DNA of 61,897 nucleotides, filler included, from Chiloscyllium plagiosum (Eukaryota), in the NCBI RefSeq assembly GCF_004010195.1. It is 5 parts of one record of this genome, joined end to end, with 100 filler letters (N's around TTAATTAATTAA, not from the genome) between each part and the next. Parts side by side here need not be neighbours in the genome. Positions count along the whole stretch, not along the records: positions 1 to 26,743 come from NC_057715.1; 4 more parts are not named here. One strand, written 5' to 3'. Position 1 is the first letter of the stretch. Every line of letters starts with the position of its first letter. Position numbers and translations under genes: made by a program. The notes beneath the pieces are model-generated. The model worked only from the letters and a program-made list of their open reading frames with translations. It was not told the DNA's origin and did not search any database. Positions 1-13,069 of this stretch are shown piece by piece.

Positions 1-315
1 AGCTCAGCACTGCCCTCATGACCTGTCCTACCTGCCTATCTTCCTTTCCACCTATCCACTCCACCGTCCTCTCTGACCTATCACCTCCATCCCCACCCCC
101 ACTCATTTATTGTACTCTATGCTACTTTCTCCCCACCCCCACCCTCCTCTAGCTTATCTCTCCACCTTTCACGCTCTCTGCCTTTATTCCTGATAAAGGG
201 CTTTTGCCCGAAACGTCGATTTTACTGCTCCTTGGATGCTGCCTGAAATGCTGTGCTCTTCCAGCACCACTAATCCAGAATCTGGTTTCCAGCATCTGCA
301 GTCATTGTTTTTACC
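1..315 (+). mobile_element. Penelope-like element 3' end/pLTR (family A) with mutated hammerhead core
   Basis: Same C/T-rich tail and CTGATAAAGGGCTTTTGCCCGAAACGTCGATT motif as the sequence following the GIY-YIG ORF at 42206-42870. Confidence 0.75.
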
Positions 316-436
316 ATCTGTTCAAGATCCCATTGTACTCTGAGGTAACCTTCTTCACTGTCCACTACACCACCAATTTTGGTGTCGTCTGCAAACTTAT
401 TAACCATGCCTCCTATGTCCAAATCTAAATCCTGTA
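316..436 (-). mobile_element. CR1/HER1 LINE RT fragment (left part, split by the CR1 at 437-5056)
   Basis: Minus strand reads KFADDTKIGGVVDS; the same element resumes at 5057. Confidence 0.75.
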
Positions 437-700
437 TATAAAAGACCACTCGTTATATAAAAGCAAAGCAGAGCTGAGCAGGAGTGAGCCAGAGAGCTGC
501 CTGGGAAGTTAAGTGACATAAAACTTTCCTTGGGGATTTGTGGTCTTCACTTCAGGAGTGGAGCTGAGTAGGAGCAAACTGGAGGGCAGCCTGGGAATGT
601 AAGAGTTTCTGATTCTGAGTGTTTTGACTGAAGGAGGATCTGAAACGGGACATCACAGGAAGGCTGTGATTTGATTGACTAACAGGGAATCTGTTAAACT

Positions 701-755
701 TGAATCTGTGTTAAATTTGAATCTGTGTTAAATGTGAATCTGTGTTAAATTGAAT
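701..755 (+). repeat. 17-bp tandem repeat (TGAATCTGTGTTAAATT, ~3.3 copies) in the CR1 5'UTR
   Basis: Units start at 701, 718 and 735. Confidence 0.85.
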
Positions 756-3700
756 TTTCATTAAATTATTGGTTTTAGCTTCCATTCAGATTGAGGTCAT
801 AAGCAGAGATATAAAAACAAGTTAAAACATTTTTAAAAATCCAAATTCAAAACTAGTTAAATAAAATAAGCATGGAGGGTAAGGTGATGTGTTGTTCCTG
901 CATGATTTGGAAGCTGGTGGACCCTACTGTGGTTCCCAGTGACCATATCTGGAGTAAAGGTTGGTTGCTTGAGAAGGTCTGGCTCTGAGTTGATGAGCTG
1001 AATTCTCAGCTTCGGATATTGCGACACATCAGGAAGAGGGAGAGTTATCTAGACCCTGTGTTTCAGGAGACAGTCACACCTGAAGTCAGCCAGCGATCAG
1101 GGACTGGACAGTCTGGCTAGGAGTGAGGCAGGTCGAGTTGCAGGACCCTCAGCCCCTGTCCTTGCCCAACAGGTTTGACAGTCTTACTCTGTGTGGACAG
1201 GAAAGGGGTCTGCAGGGAGGATGAGCCAACTGACTGCAGCACTGTGGTGCATGGAGCTATTCAAGTGGGTGGAGAGAAGAGAAATATTGTTGTAATTGGG
1301 GATAGTATAGTTAGGGGCATATCCACTGTTCTCAGTGACCAGGTTTGAGAGTCCCATCAGTTGTGTTGCTTGCCTGGTGCTCAGGTTTAGGATATCTCAT
1401 CTGAGTTGCAGAGGATCTTGGAATGGGAGGGGAAAGATCCAGTGATTGTGGTCCCCGTGGGTCCTGACGACATAGATAAAAGTAGGGAAGAGGTTCTGCA
1501 AAGGGAATATGAACAGCTAGAATCTAAATTAAAAAGCAGAACCAAAAAAGTAATAACCTCTGGATTATTACCTGAGCCATGAGCTAATTGGCACAGAATC
1601 AATAGGATTAAGCAGGTAATGAGTGGCTTAAAGATTGTTGTGGGAAAATGGAATGGATTCATGGGACATTAGCACCAGTACTGGAGAACATGGGACCTGT
1701 TCCAATAGGACGGTCTTCATCTGAACTGTGCTAGGGTCAGAGTCCTAGCGAATTACATAACTAGGGCTGTAGACAGGGCTTTAAACTAAATTGGAGGGTA
1801 GATGAGAGGATTCAGTTGTAGGGGAAATTTGAAAACCCAAATTAAAGAAGGAGGTAAGAGTGTAGGTTAGCAATATGACAGATGGTTACCAGCATATAAA
1901 AGTGAGGGACAGAACAGGTGAATGTTTTTATGTGCCAAGGAATTATAAAAGATTAGAGAAATTTACCAGTCAAAGCTTTATATCTAAATGCATGAATCAT
2001 TTGAAACAAAATGAATGAGTTATTAGAGCAAATAGAAACAAAAGGATACAATTTGGTAGGATTACTGAGGCATGGTTACAAGGAGACCAGGTCTGGGAAT
2101 TGCATTTCCAGGGGTACTCAGTATTTCAGAAAGATAGACTGAAAGGAAAAGGAGGTGGTGTGGCCTTGCTGGTGAAGGAAGGGATCAGTGTTGTAATGAG
2201 AAATGACATAAGCACAGGAGATCAAGATGTGGAATCAGTCTGGGTAGAAATAAGAAATAGCAAAGGGAAGAGGTACTTGTTAGGAGTAATCTATAGGTCC
2301 CCAAAAGTAGTTCTACAGTGGGCACAGTATAAACCAGGAAATATTAGAGGTTTGCAAGAAAGGTACGGCAATAATCGTGGGTGGTTTTAACATGCACATA
2401 GATTGGAAGAATCAAATTGGCAAGGATAGCCTGGAGGTAGAGTTCATTGAATGTGTTAGAGATTGTTTCTTGGAGCAGTATGTTGTGGAACCAATCAGGG
2501 AGCAGGCTATTATGGATTTGGTATTGTGTAATGAGGAGAGATTAATTGATGACATCATAGTTAAGGATCCTTTAGGAAGTAGTGACCATAGTATGATAGA
2601 ATTCGGTTTGGTGGTGAGAAAGTGGAGTCTCACTGTAGTGTTCTGAAATTATACAAAGGAAATTACATAGGTATGAGGACAGATTTGGTCCAAGTAGATT
2701 GGGGCAGGAAGGTTAAATGGTTCAACAATGGATTAGCAGTGGCAGTTGTTGAAGGAGCTAGTCAATTCCTCACAATTAAAATATATCCCAGTGGTAAAGG
2801 AAGATGGTAAGGGGGTAAAAAAATATCCATGGCTAAACAAGGAGACCAAGGACAGTATAAAGTAAAAATCTAAGGTATACCATATTGCAAAGGCCAGTGA
2901 CAGGTTGGCAGATATTGGAACTTTCAAACATAAACAAAGGGATAATATAAAAATTACTAAGAGATAAAGTAAATTATGAAATAAAAACAGCACAAAATAT
3001 CAAAAAGGATAGCAAAAGCTTCTATGTTTATATTAAAGGGCAGACAATTGCTAAGGTGAATGTTGGTCCCTTGGAAGATGAAACCAGAGAGTTAATAGTG
3101 GGGAACACTGAGATGGTAGAAATGCTGAATCAATACTTTGCCTCAGTTTTCACAGTGGAGGACAATAATACCATTCCTATTAGAACAGGCAAGTCAGAGG
3201 CAATACAAAGGGTAGAACTTAGAACAATTGATATCAATAGGGAAAAGGTACACAACAAACTTTTAGAATTTAAGGCAGACAAGTCCACCAGCCTGTTGGC
3301 CTACATCCTAAGGTATTAAAGGAAGTGGTGGTGGAGATAGTGGATCCATTGGTTACAATGTTCTAAAACTCCCTGGATATGGGAAAGGTTCTAGTGGATT
3401 GGAAAAATGCTAGTGTAACGTCCTTATTAAAAATGGGAGGGAGGGCAGTACATGAGAAATTACAGGCCAGTTAGTTTAACATCTGTTATTGGAAAAGTGT
3501 TAGAGTCAATTATCAAGGAAGCAATATCAGGACATTTGAAAAGTCAAAATGCTATCCATCAGAGTCAGCATGATTTTATGAAGGGCAAATCATATTTTAA
3601 TAATTTACTAGAGTTCTTCAAAGATGTAACAAATTAAGTGGATGATGGGGATTCTATAAATGTAATTTATCTGGACTTCCAGAAGGCATTTGATAAGGGG

Positions 3701-3940
3701 CCACACAAAACGTTAATTCACAAGGTTGGATCATATAGGATTAGGGGTAATTTATTAGCCTGGATAGATGATTGGTCAATGAACTGAAGACAGAGAGGGG
3801 AGATAAATGGTTTTTTTCTGGATGGCAAGAAGTAACTAGTTGGGTACCACAGAGTTCGGTCCTTGGATTCCTGCTATTTACAATCTACATTAATGACTTG
3901 GATACAAGGTTCTATAGCCAAGTGTGGATGACACAAAAAT

Positions 3941-4226
3941 AGATTAGATTAGATTCCTTACAGTGTGGAAACAGGCCCTTCAACACAACAAGTCCACACT
4001 GACCCTCTGAAGAGCAACCCACCCAGATCTATTCCACTACATTCACCCCCGACTAACGTACCTAACACTACGGGCAATTTAGCGTGGCCAATTCACCTAA
4101 CCTGCACATTTTTGGACTGTGGGAGGAAACCAGAGCACCCAGACATGGGGAGAATGTGCAAACTCCCAAGGTAGGGATTGACCCAGGTCTCTAGCACTGT
4201 GAGGCAGCAGTGCTAACCACTGAGCT
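3941..4226 (-). mobile_element. HE1-like tRNA-derived SINE inserted in CR1 ORF2
   Basis: Minus strand CAGTGGTTAGCACTGCTGCCTCACAG head and (AATCT)n tail; interrupts RT just after the (A)DDTK motif. Confidence 0.85.
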
Positions 4227-5056
4227 GGTAAATTGCAATGAGGAAATAAGAACTTTAGAAATGGATATAGGTAGGTTAGGAGAGTGGACCAAAATGGTAG
4301 ATGGAGATTAAAGGGGAAGGTGACCTATTATCTAAAGGGGAGAGACTCCGGGGTGCTCCGATGCAGAGGGATCTGAGTGTCCTCGTTCATGAGTCACAGA
4401 CAAATAGTACGTAGGTACAGCAGAAAATAAAGAAAGTGAATGGAATATTGGCTTTTATACCTAAAGGAATATTGTTTCAACTAAACAAGGCATGGGTGAG
4501 ACTGCACTCGAGTATTATGCATAGTTTTAGTCCCCTTATTTGAGGAAGGATGTAGTGACATTGGAGGCAGTTCAAAGCAGGTTCACTAGATTGATCCCAG
4601 AGATGAGGAGTTTGTCATATGAAGAGAGATTGAACAGTTTAGGTATATACTCTGGAATTTAGAAGAATGAGGAGAGATCAAATTGAGGTATTCAAGATAA
4701 TAAAAGTTGTGGATAAAATAGATGTAGAACAATTGCTTCCTCTTGTCAGGTATTCTAAGACAAGAAGTCATAGTTTTAGGATAAGACGTAACAAATTTTA
4801 AACAGAGTTGAGTTGAAATTACTTCGCCAAATGGTAGTGAATCTGTGGAATTCGCTACCCCAAAGTGCAGTGGAATCTGGAACAGTGTGTAAATTTATGG
4901 AGGAGTTAGATAGATTTTTAATTGATAATGGGTTGAAGGGTTATGGGGAGAAGGCAGGAAAATGGGACTGAGGAGAATATCAGCCTTGATCGAATGGTGG
5001 AGCAGACTCAATGGGCTGAATACATAATTCTGCCTTTATATCTTATGAACTTATGA

Positions 5057-5503
5057 TCCTTGTGGCATATCACCGGTCACAGGCCTCCACTCTGAACAGC
5101 AACACTGTACCACCATCCTCTGTCTTCTATATTCGAGCCAGTTCTATATGCAAGTGGCTAGTTCTCCCTGTATTTCATGTGATCTGACCTTGCTAACCAG
5201 TCTACCATGAGGAACCTGTCAAATGCCATACTGAAGTCCATATAGATCATATCCACCATTCTGCTCTCATCAATCATCTTCGTTACTTCTTCAGAAAACT
5301 CAATCGTTAGGGAGACGCACACAAAGCCATGTTCACTATCCCTAATCAGTCCTTGCCTTTCCAAATATATGTAAATCCTGTCCCTCAGGATTCCCTCCAA
5401 CAACTTGTCCACCACCAAAGTCAGGCTCAACAGTCTGTAGTTCCCTGGATTTTCCTTATCACTTTTCTTAAATAGTGGCACCATGTTAGCCAATCTCTAG
5501 TCT
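5057..5503 (-). mobile_element. CR1/HER1 LINE RT fragment (right part)
   Basis: ORF 5158-5493: ANMVPLFKK..NYR..SLT..DFSMAFD. Confidence 0.85.
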
Positions 5504-5505
5504 TT

Positions 5506-7440
5506 CTTCCTTACTGGGATGTATTTTTGCAGGGAGTCATGGATTAAATGTCTGTTACAGCTTGGTTATTGTCATTCCTGTAATCTCTTTGCCCAGAACA
5601 CTTCAGCTAACTCTATCCTCATTTTATTGTAATTACCTTTATTTAAGTTAAACACAATTGTTTCAAACTGAAGCTTCTCACTCTTGAACAAAATATTAAA
5701 TTATATTATATTATGATCACTACATTCTAGGGGATTATTTACTCGGAGGTCATTTGTTAATTTGTCTCATTACCTATTATTGGATCCAAGATACCGTGCT
5801 CCTTAGTTGACTCTATGACATATTGCTCTCGGAGACTATTCTTAATGCACTCCATGAATTTGTTGTTGTAATTACCCTTTGCAACTTGATTAACTCAATC
5901 AACATGAAGATTAAAATCACCCATAATTATGGCTGCATTCTTTTCAGATGTTCCTATTATTTGTTGATTATCACAATGTGGCTACTGTTTTGACGTCTAT
6001 ACGCTATGCTTACCAACTTCTTCTTTCCCTTAATGTTATCTACCTCAGCTCAAGTGGACTCTACACCATATGAGCCTGGATCATCTCTACAACTGTCCTT
6101 ATTTCATTTCTTACTAACAGCGCTAGCACACAGCTTTCCATCCCTTCCATCTCTCTGAAAGGTCAAGTATCCCTGAATTTTAAGTTCCCAGTTTTGATCT
6201 CCTTGCAATCATATTTTTGTTTTATTACTGATTTTGTTTATTATTGGTGGATGAGGATGTCACTGGCTAGGTCAGTATTTATTGCTCATCCATAACTGTC
6301 CAGAGCCAACCATTGTTGTGTTTCTAGAGTCATGTGTGGGCCAGACCATACAAGGATAGCAATTTCTTTCCCTCAAGGACATTAGTGAACCAAATGTCAT
6401 TTTCCCAACAATTGGCGATGGATTCATGGTCATTGTTAGACTCTTAAGTTAAAGATTTATTTTTTATTGAATTCTAATTCCACCATCTGCTATGGTGGAA
6501 ATGAAACTCAGATCCCAAGAACATTATTTGGCTCTCTGGATGAACAGCCCAGTGATAATGCCACTCGACTATTTCCTTCAATTTGCACTATCAGTTCATT
6601 TACCTTTTCGTGTCTTAAAGTACAAAGCCTTTAAGTTTGTATCATTATTAAACTTGCCTATATTTTTGTGACTCCTTGGTATAATATAATATTCACACAT
6701 TCTGGTCCTTCCTTTCATTTTCTGATACCAATCAGTCCATCACTTACCTACAATTCTACCTTCTCCTTTACCTTTGATTTAATAATTTTCCATGTAACTG
6801 AAACCACCCACCCTCACCATCACTATGCCCCACACCTCCCCCCCCCCACCCCCAACTGTTTAGGCCTACATGTGGTCATAACTATTTACTAGGACTCTGG
6901 ACCCAACAGATTCAGGTATAGCCATCCCATCAGAATGGCTCCCTCCTTTCCCATTACTGGTGCCAATGTTCCATGAATTCGAGCCCATTTCTCCCACAGT
7001 AAATCTTTGAATCACGTGTTTGCCTCTTTAATCTTGACCCTGTGCCAATTAGCTCATGGCTCAGTTTGTACTTCAGAGATATTACCTTTTTTGTTCGGCT
7101 TTTCAATCTAGTGCCTAGCTGCTCATATTCCTTCAACAGAAGCTCCTTCCTCTTTGTAATTGGTAACTACATGGACCACTCCAAGTTCTTCTGCAGCCTT
7201 GACGATATATCTTAAATCCAGATATCAGGCAGGCAACATAGCCTTCAGGATGCTTGATCCTGGCCACAGTGAACAGTGACTATTCCCTGGACAATACTAT
7301 CCCTGATTAAAACTATATTTCTCTTTTCTCCCTCCTCTTGAATAGTTCCTTATATCACAATGCTAAGGTCAGCTTGCTCATTCTTCCTACAACCACGTCT
7401 CTCATCCTCACAGGAAGCAAGAATCTCAAAACTATTTGAA
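5506..7440 (-). mobile_element. Old fragmented CR1 (APE region ~5506-6205; ORF1 esterase region ~6860-7440) with other old repeats between
   Basis: ORF 6954-7136 (KEYEQLGTRLKSRTKKVIS) matches ORF1 of the + strand CR1 at ~1500-1560; SDHN motif near 5715. Confidence 0.65.
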
Positions 7441-7708
7441 AAGCTCAAGTACTGAGGCTCCTTCAGCACATCCTCCTCGATGTCTTGATCTGTTTGCATT
7501 GTTGACTATTTTGTGTGGATTGATAAATGCTGCAGCTTTTGATAGTGTACGTTGCCTAATATTTCAATTAAATGTGCTAAAAAACAATAGTAATGACATG
7601 ATATTTGGCACATCAAGCATATTTCTCCCAATACTCTATATTAGGGAGGCAGTGTAAGCAGCAGCAATGTCAATAGTCGAGTAATCCAGAGATCCATGGT
7701 TTGGGTGT

Positions 7709-7908
7709 CACAGAGGAATGAACTTCCTGAGGAAGTGGTAGATACAATTACAATGTTTAAAAGACATTTGGAAAGATACATGAATAGGAAAGGTTTGGAG
7801 AGATATGGCAGGAGCAGGCAGGTTGGAGTAGTTTAGTTTGTGATTATGTTCAGAATGAACTGGTTTGACCGTGGGGTCTGTTTCCATTCTGTATGACTTT
7901 ATGACTCT
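7709..7908 (+). mobile_element. CR1/HER1 3' end fragment
   Basis: Matches the 3' ends at 27110-27307 and 51020-51220, with (tatgactc) tail. Confidence 0.75.
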
Positions 7909-8539
7909 ATTTGAGTTCAAATCCCATCACAGTCATGATGATATTTGTATTAAATTAATAAATCTTGAACTTACAACTGGTTCACTGCCATCCTTACCTA
8001 AATGTGACTCCAGACCCATAGCAATGTGGTTAAATCTTAACTGCACTCAGAAACAGCGTAGCAAGTCACAAACTGAATGGACTAAATGACCGATGATTAC
8101 CCACACAGTCCTGTTCACCGTTTCATCTGCCTTACTAACATCTGGGGACTTGTGACAAAGATTGGGAGAGCTATCTCACAAACTAGTCCAGCCTGACATA
8201 TCATTCCCATGGAATCATATGTTACAATGTCCCAAACACCCTCATCACCTGTTCCACAATAAGAGAGACCCACCAGTGCTATACAGTCGGGCAGGGAATT
8301 TCCTTGGGTGATCTCAGTATTGACAAGCAGCCTCATGGTCAAAGAAGGACATTGAAACTTCCTGCTGATTACCACCTAGCTTCCCCAACCACATCAAACC
8401 CCGCATCCCATCCAATTCAGAAAGCTCAACATGGAAAGCACAGCAGGTAACTGGTGACTTCAGCTCACTGCTTGCTTCAAAGAATCTTCATGTCAGTCGT
8501 CAGGCACCAACATCTCAGGGAACACTCTACGGTCAACAA

Positions 8540-9620
8540 CCAAAGGTTCCATGTCATTGGGCACTGGCACCCCCCATAGGACAGCCACTAAAAACACACA
8601 TGGCCCGTCTGCAATCCATTTAAAGAGCATTTCTGCACCTCAATGCTGCACTAAGGATCCACCACCAATTATCATTGAAATGCTTCAGAAAGTGTATGCA
8701 CTCAGGGCCATACACCCAGCTTATGTACTGAATCAGACTTCAGCTCTAGGCTCTTTGCTTGCTTTCATAGCACTCACGCAATTTGAGCATACTTGGATGT
8801 TCACAGTCCCCCGGCTTGCCATTCTGCACTTCACCAGAAATACAAGATTCCTATTATTTCTGCCTTTCCTTGCTATTTAGCACAGGCATAAAGTCAGTAG
8901 GCTCGCCATAGTTGTCAACAGCCCTCTGGCAAGTCAAAGGGAATAGCCTTTGCTTTGGGAGCCCCATCACAATAAGTCAAGAACAGCCTCTGATATGAGG
9001 CCAGGGATTTAGATTCGGTCAGTCAGCCATTTTGGGGTAATGAAAGTCAGGACAACCTCCTCATAAAGAGTGGGCTGAATGGCACTACCCAATACATACT
9101 TGCCTCTTTCTGCACTATTGGGGCCTGTTCTTCTCCTGGAATGAGAGAGGCATGTATCATGGGAAATGAAAGTGGGTGGCACAGCCATTACTGTTGGTCC
9201 ACTGGAGAGGTATCCTTACTGAATGATTCGGCAGCTGAGAGGGCTTTGCGGGTTTAGTGATATTAGTTTTGGGGTGGGTACCAGTGAGCAAAGAAAGATG
9301 TTGCAGGCAGTAGTGGGGGTTGTGGAGCTACAGCCTTGGTGGGAGGTGGGTATGATAGCAGAGGCAGAATGAACATGAGATTTTGGGAAAAGCTGACCTC
9401 TTTCCTTATAAGGCTGATTATTTCTCGAGATGTCTAAGACAGCTTTAACCCACCTCAGGCAAGGCTGGCATGGTCTGGCATGGTCTAACATTATGGCCTC
9501 CACTACTGGTCTTGGGAGTGGAGGAATTGCTGCCTCTGCACCTCCCTGACCAACAGGAACTCCAAGTCCCTACCTGAAATTCCCCTGTCTGCCACTTTTG
9601 GGGAAAACGACTGGTACTTT
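8540..9620 (-). mobile_element. Possible highly decayed PIF/Harbinger-type element (Myb/SANT-like remnant)
   Basis: Minus strand 9370-9590 reads SGRDLEFLLVREVQRQQFL..TMPALPEV..VKAVLDISRN, resembling Myb/SANT-like ORFs of Harbinger elements; transposase similarity is only vague. Confidence 0.35.
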
Positions 9621-10489
9621 GCAGGACAGCTCCAGACTGATAGTGTTTGTCTGGGTGCATGACATGAGGGCTCACAGGATATTGGTACATTCTGGATTTC
9701 CACTGAGTGATGAGCTCTTCCAGGAATGCTATATGGTAAATGGGGCTGAAATTGGATGTGACAGATACCATAGTGGTGAGGTAGCAGTTAATTATGTGGG
9801 TTTGGTAAGAAATGACAAGAAAACGCGTACAACACCTACAAAAAATTGATATAACTTGAACTTAGCCAAGATATCATAAGATTCAACCTTTTGTGTTTGA
9901 TATCATGTTTTCTTATTTTTTTCAGGTCTAATAATTGATAAAAGCTCACTCTCTTTCACTCAAGGAAACGTTGGAATTAGCTCCATTTCAATCTAGTCAA
10001 GTCAGCTTTAATTGAAGTGTGATAACTAGGTTCTGAAAAAGAAATTAAATATTTATTGAGACCGACCAAGAGCAGATTAAAAAGTGAGGAACCAATTATC
10101 TTTAATAAAAGCAAAACACAGAGGATGCTGGAAATCTGAAATGAAAACAGAAAGTGTTGGAGAAACTCAGCAGTTCAGGCAGTATCTGTGAAGAGAGGAA
10201 CAGAGTTATTGTTTCAAATCAAATGTGGCTTTTTTTATCATGTAAGAGGAATGATTTGTTAATGCTGTTGACAGAGGGAAAGGAGGAATCAGTGGGTCAG
10301 ATGGTAAGGGTGCCCAGAGTAAAAAACAAAAGAAATGTGAATGGTGGGAAAAGAACATTAGAAATTTGAATTGGTGTAAATGATAGGTATGAAAAGGAGA
10401 AAATGAAACCATTTTGCTAAGAGAAAAGTCAATGAGACATAATCCAGACACAGCCAGGAGGGTTGTAAGATAAATGGAGACAGAAGTCA

Positions 10490-12110
10490 TGTCCACAAAA
10501 TGAGGGCATTGTTCTCTGCTAGTTCAAGTCATACCTGGCACAAAAGAAGGTGTTTGTTGTTGTAGGTCAGTCATCTCAGCTCCAGGATATCTGCAGGAGT
10601 TTCTCAGGGTGTAGTGTCCTAGAGCCACACAACCTCAACAGCCTTATCAATGACCTTCCCTCTGTCATAAAGTCAGAAGTAGGTATGATTGCTGTTAATC
10701 GTACACTGGTCAGCACCATTCATGACTCCTCAGACAATGAAGTAGGCCATGTCCAAATCTGCAAGACCTCAACAGTATTCAGACTTGAACTGATAAGTGG
10801 TGAAACATTCATGTCACTCAATTGACATTTGATGATGACATTCTCAAGCAAGTAAGAATTTAACCATTGCCCCTTGACATTCAATGGCATTACCAATGCT
10901 AAATCCCTCACTATCTACATCTTAAAAATTACCACTGACCAAAGGCCTGGAATTATTTAGTGAATAATCAACCTGTGCCTGTTATAGCCAGCCATTTTAC
11001 TACACTTAAATACCTACGCTATAGCAACATAGTCTCTACAAGGATGATGGGAAATGTGGCCAACCTCACAGGACTAATAGCCTACTGTGCGAGACAGAAC
11101 CAGGTACTGATCATTAAGCAGGAATTTGGTGAGAAGAGCTGCCAAAAGGCTGCTCAACCTTTGTGTTTATCAAGGCAAATAACCTAAAGACAGAACAAAG
11201 GACAAGGAATCACTTGGACTTGTCTATATAACCTCTGGATGGATAATCTCAGTGTCACAATAGTAATGTGAAGAGAGTAGGGAGTCAACTTTCTGGACGA
11301 TCAAAAGAAAAATAAGCTTTTTTGAAGACATTAGAAGCAGTAACCCAGGAACAACTATTACAGAAGCAGGACTTTCAGTTCAGAGTTCAGAGAAAAAGGA
11401 CACACCCAACTGAATGACTGAAGTCTGATGAACTATTCCTCACCAGTGCAGTTAACACATAAAACATAACAGTGAGCCTGAGGCAGGTTTGTATTGTAAC
11501 CTGATGCAATTTTATGCTGTAGTGTTAAATTGACTTAGTGATAAATAAATAAGTTAATTGCAATAACAGTCCAGGCTGTAAATATTGCGTCCACAGGCAT
11601 TCATCCGGACACAGAAATGGATAATACTAGCTACCATCAAGTGAAGAGTGTGATGAATACTTTCCCTGGATGCACACAGCCCCAACAACATTCAAGAAAT
11701 TCAACACCTTCCAGCACAAAGCAACCTAATTCAGTTCCACCACTTAAAACATTCACTTCCTTCACCATCAACTCACTGCAACAGCAGTGATTACAATCTA
11801 CAAGATGCACTGCAGAACCTCTCCAATGTTCCCCTGACATGCCCACTCTACTAATTATGGCAAGGGCAGCAGATACATGAAACACTGTCATCTGCAAATT
11901 TTCCTCTAAGACACACACCATTCTGACTAGGAACTATATTACCATTCTGTCACTGCTGTTTTGTCAAAATCCAGGAACTCCAAAGAACTGGACACCTTAT
12001 GGACTATGCTGATTCAAGAAGTCAGTCCACCACCATCTTCTCTAGGGCAATTAAAGTTGGGCAATAAAAACTCGCCTATCAGCAGCACTTACATCCTGTG
12101 AATAAAAAAC
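10490..12110 (+). mobile_element. Second CR1/L2-type LINE RT and 3' fragment, interrupted by an unrelated ~0.7-kb segment (10948-11636)
   Basis: AGVSQG.SVL(G)P and INDLPS..VGMIA (degenerate FADD region) at 10590-10700; RT C-terminal and 3' sequence at 11637-12110. Confidence 0.55.
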
Positions 12111-12484
12111 ACTCACTCTACATCTCCTGTGCTTGTATGCACACATCCATTCTCCTGCTGTCCTCCCCTCAGTCATCATGTCAAACAAGGAAAACCACAA
12201 AATTTACAAAGGGCTTGGCCTTGAAACAAAAATGAGCCAGGTGCCACACGATTCTCATGCAGCACCGACCTTAGCTTGAAAATAGAAGAAATTTAAAATA
12301 AATCTTTGCAAATAGGTTATCACTGCTTGCAAATATATTACAAATATAAGTCCACCACAGACCAGTGATGAGGTTAAACATGCCACTGATTTCATCTCTG
12401 CATCATGACTTGCTACAGAGTATTCAAAATTTCACATCCTGCCTAACTCAGTCATCCTGCATTCTATGTTTCCCATTCTGGTGG

Positions 12485-12898
12485 TGTTGTAGATACAACT
12501 TACTCGTGAATCAGATTTAGCAGTAAATCAAAGCACAGTTTATGAAACAAAAGCTTTTGGGAATAACAAGGTCACCCTAAGCGCAGGGTTTTGACCAAGC
12601 AGTCTCACTATTACAAAATTCAACACTCTTTATATTTTTGAATAATAGCAAAGCACACAGTTAGGATTACATAAACAGTTCTTCAGGCAGAATGTCATTC
12701 TCCATGTAGGTGTCTGTCTGCTGAAACTGCAGCCACTGGTTATTTTGAGTTTGTGGTTTTACTTACTAATGATCATACTTCCATTTATCCAGCTTGCTCC
12801 TGCAGCAGTCAGCACTTCAGCAAGACTAAGCACAAATTACACAAAATTTTGTCAATGATCCCAGCATGACTTATAAATATATTCAAATGCTCTACTCA
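12485..12898 (-). repeat. ERV 3' LTR
   Basis: Direct repeat of 18343-18757; minus-strand TATAAA near 12630. Confidence 0.92.
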
Positions 12899-13069
12899 AG
12901 TTCCTGCTTATGATCAGAGGCCATGGTTAACCACGGACTCTAGACCACTTACAGTCATATTTCAAATGTCTCAGTGTCCCCCAGCGAGGGATGCTCTACA
13001 GTTTTATCAGTATGAACACTGACACTCAGCATAATTCTCACAGTCAGAACTTTACAGCGTGAATTAAAG

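Larger units (their letters stand above)
437..5056 (+). mobile_element. Near full-length degenerate CR1-clade LINE (5'UTR, ORF1 zinc-finger/SGNH esterase, ORF2 APE-RT, 3' tail)
   Basis: ORF1 motifs VVIGDSIVRG (~1288-1317) and DGLHLN (~1710); ORF2 motifs KGGGVALLV, GGFN, SDH, NYRPVSLTS, DFQKAFD, SYEERL; tcttatga repeats at 3' end; many stops and frameshifts. Confidence 0.9.

Noticed and set aside
9926..10000. Plus-strand terminal exon after a strong acceptor
   Set aside because: Only a short frame (LIIDKSSLSFTQGNVGISSISI*), with no upstream exon or recognisable homology
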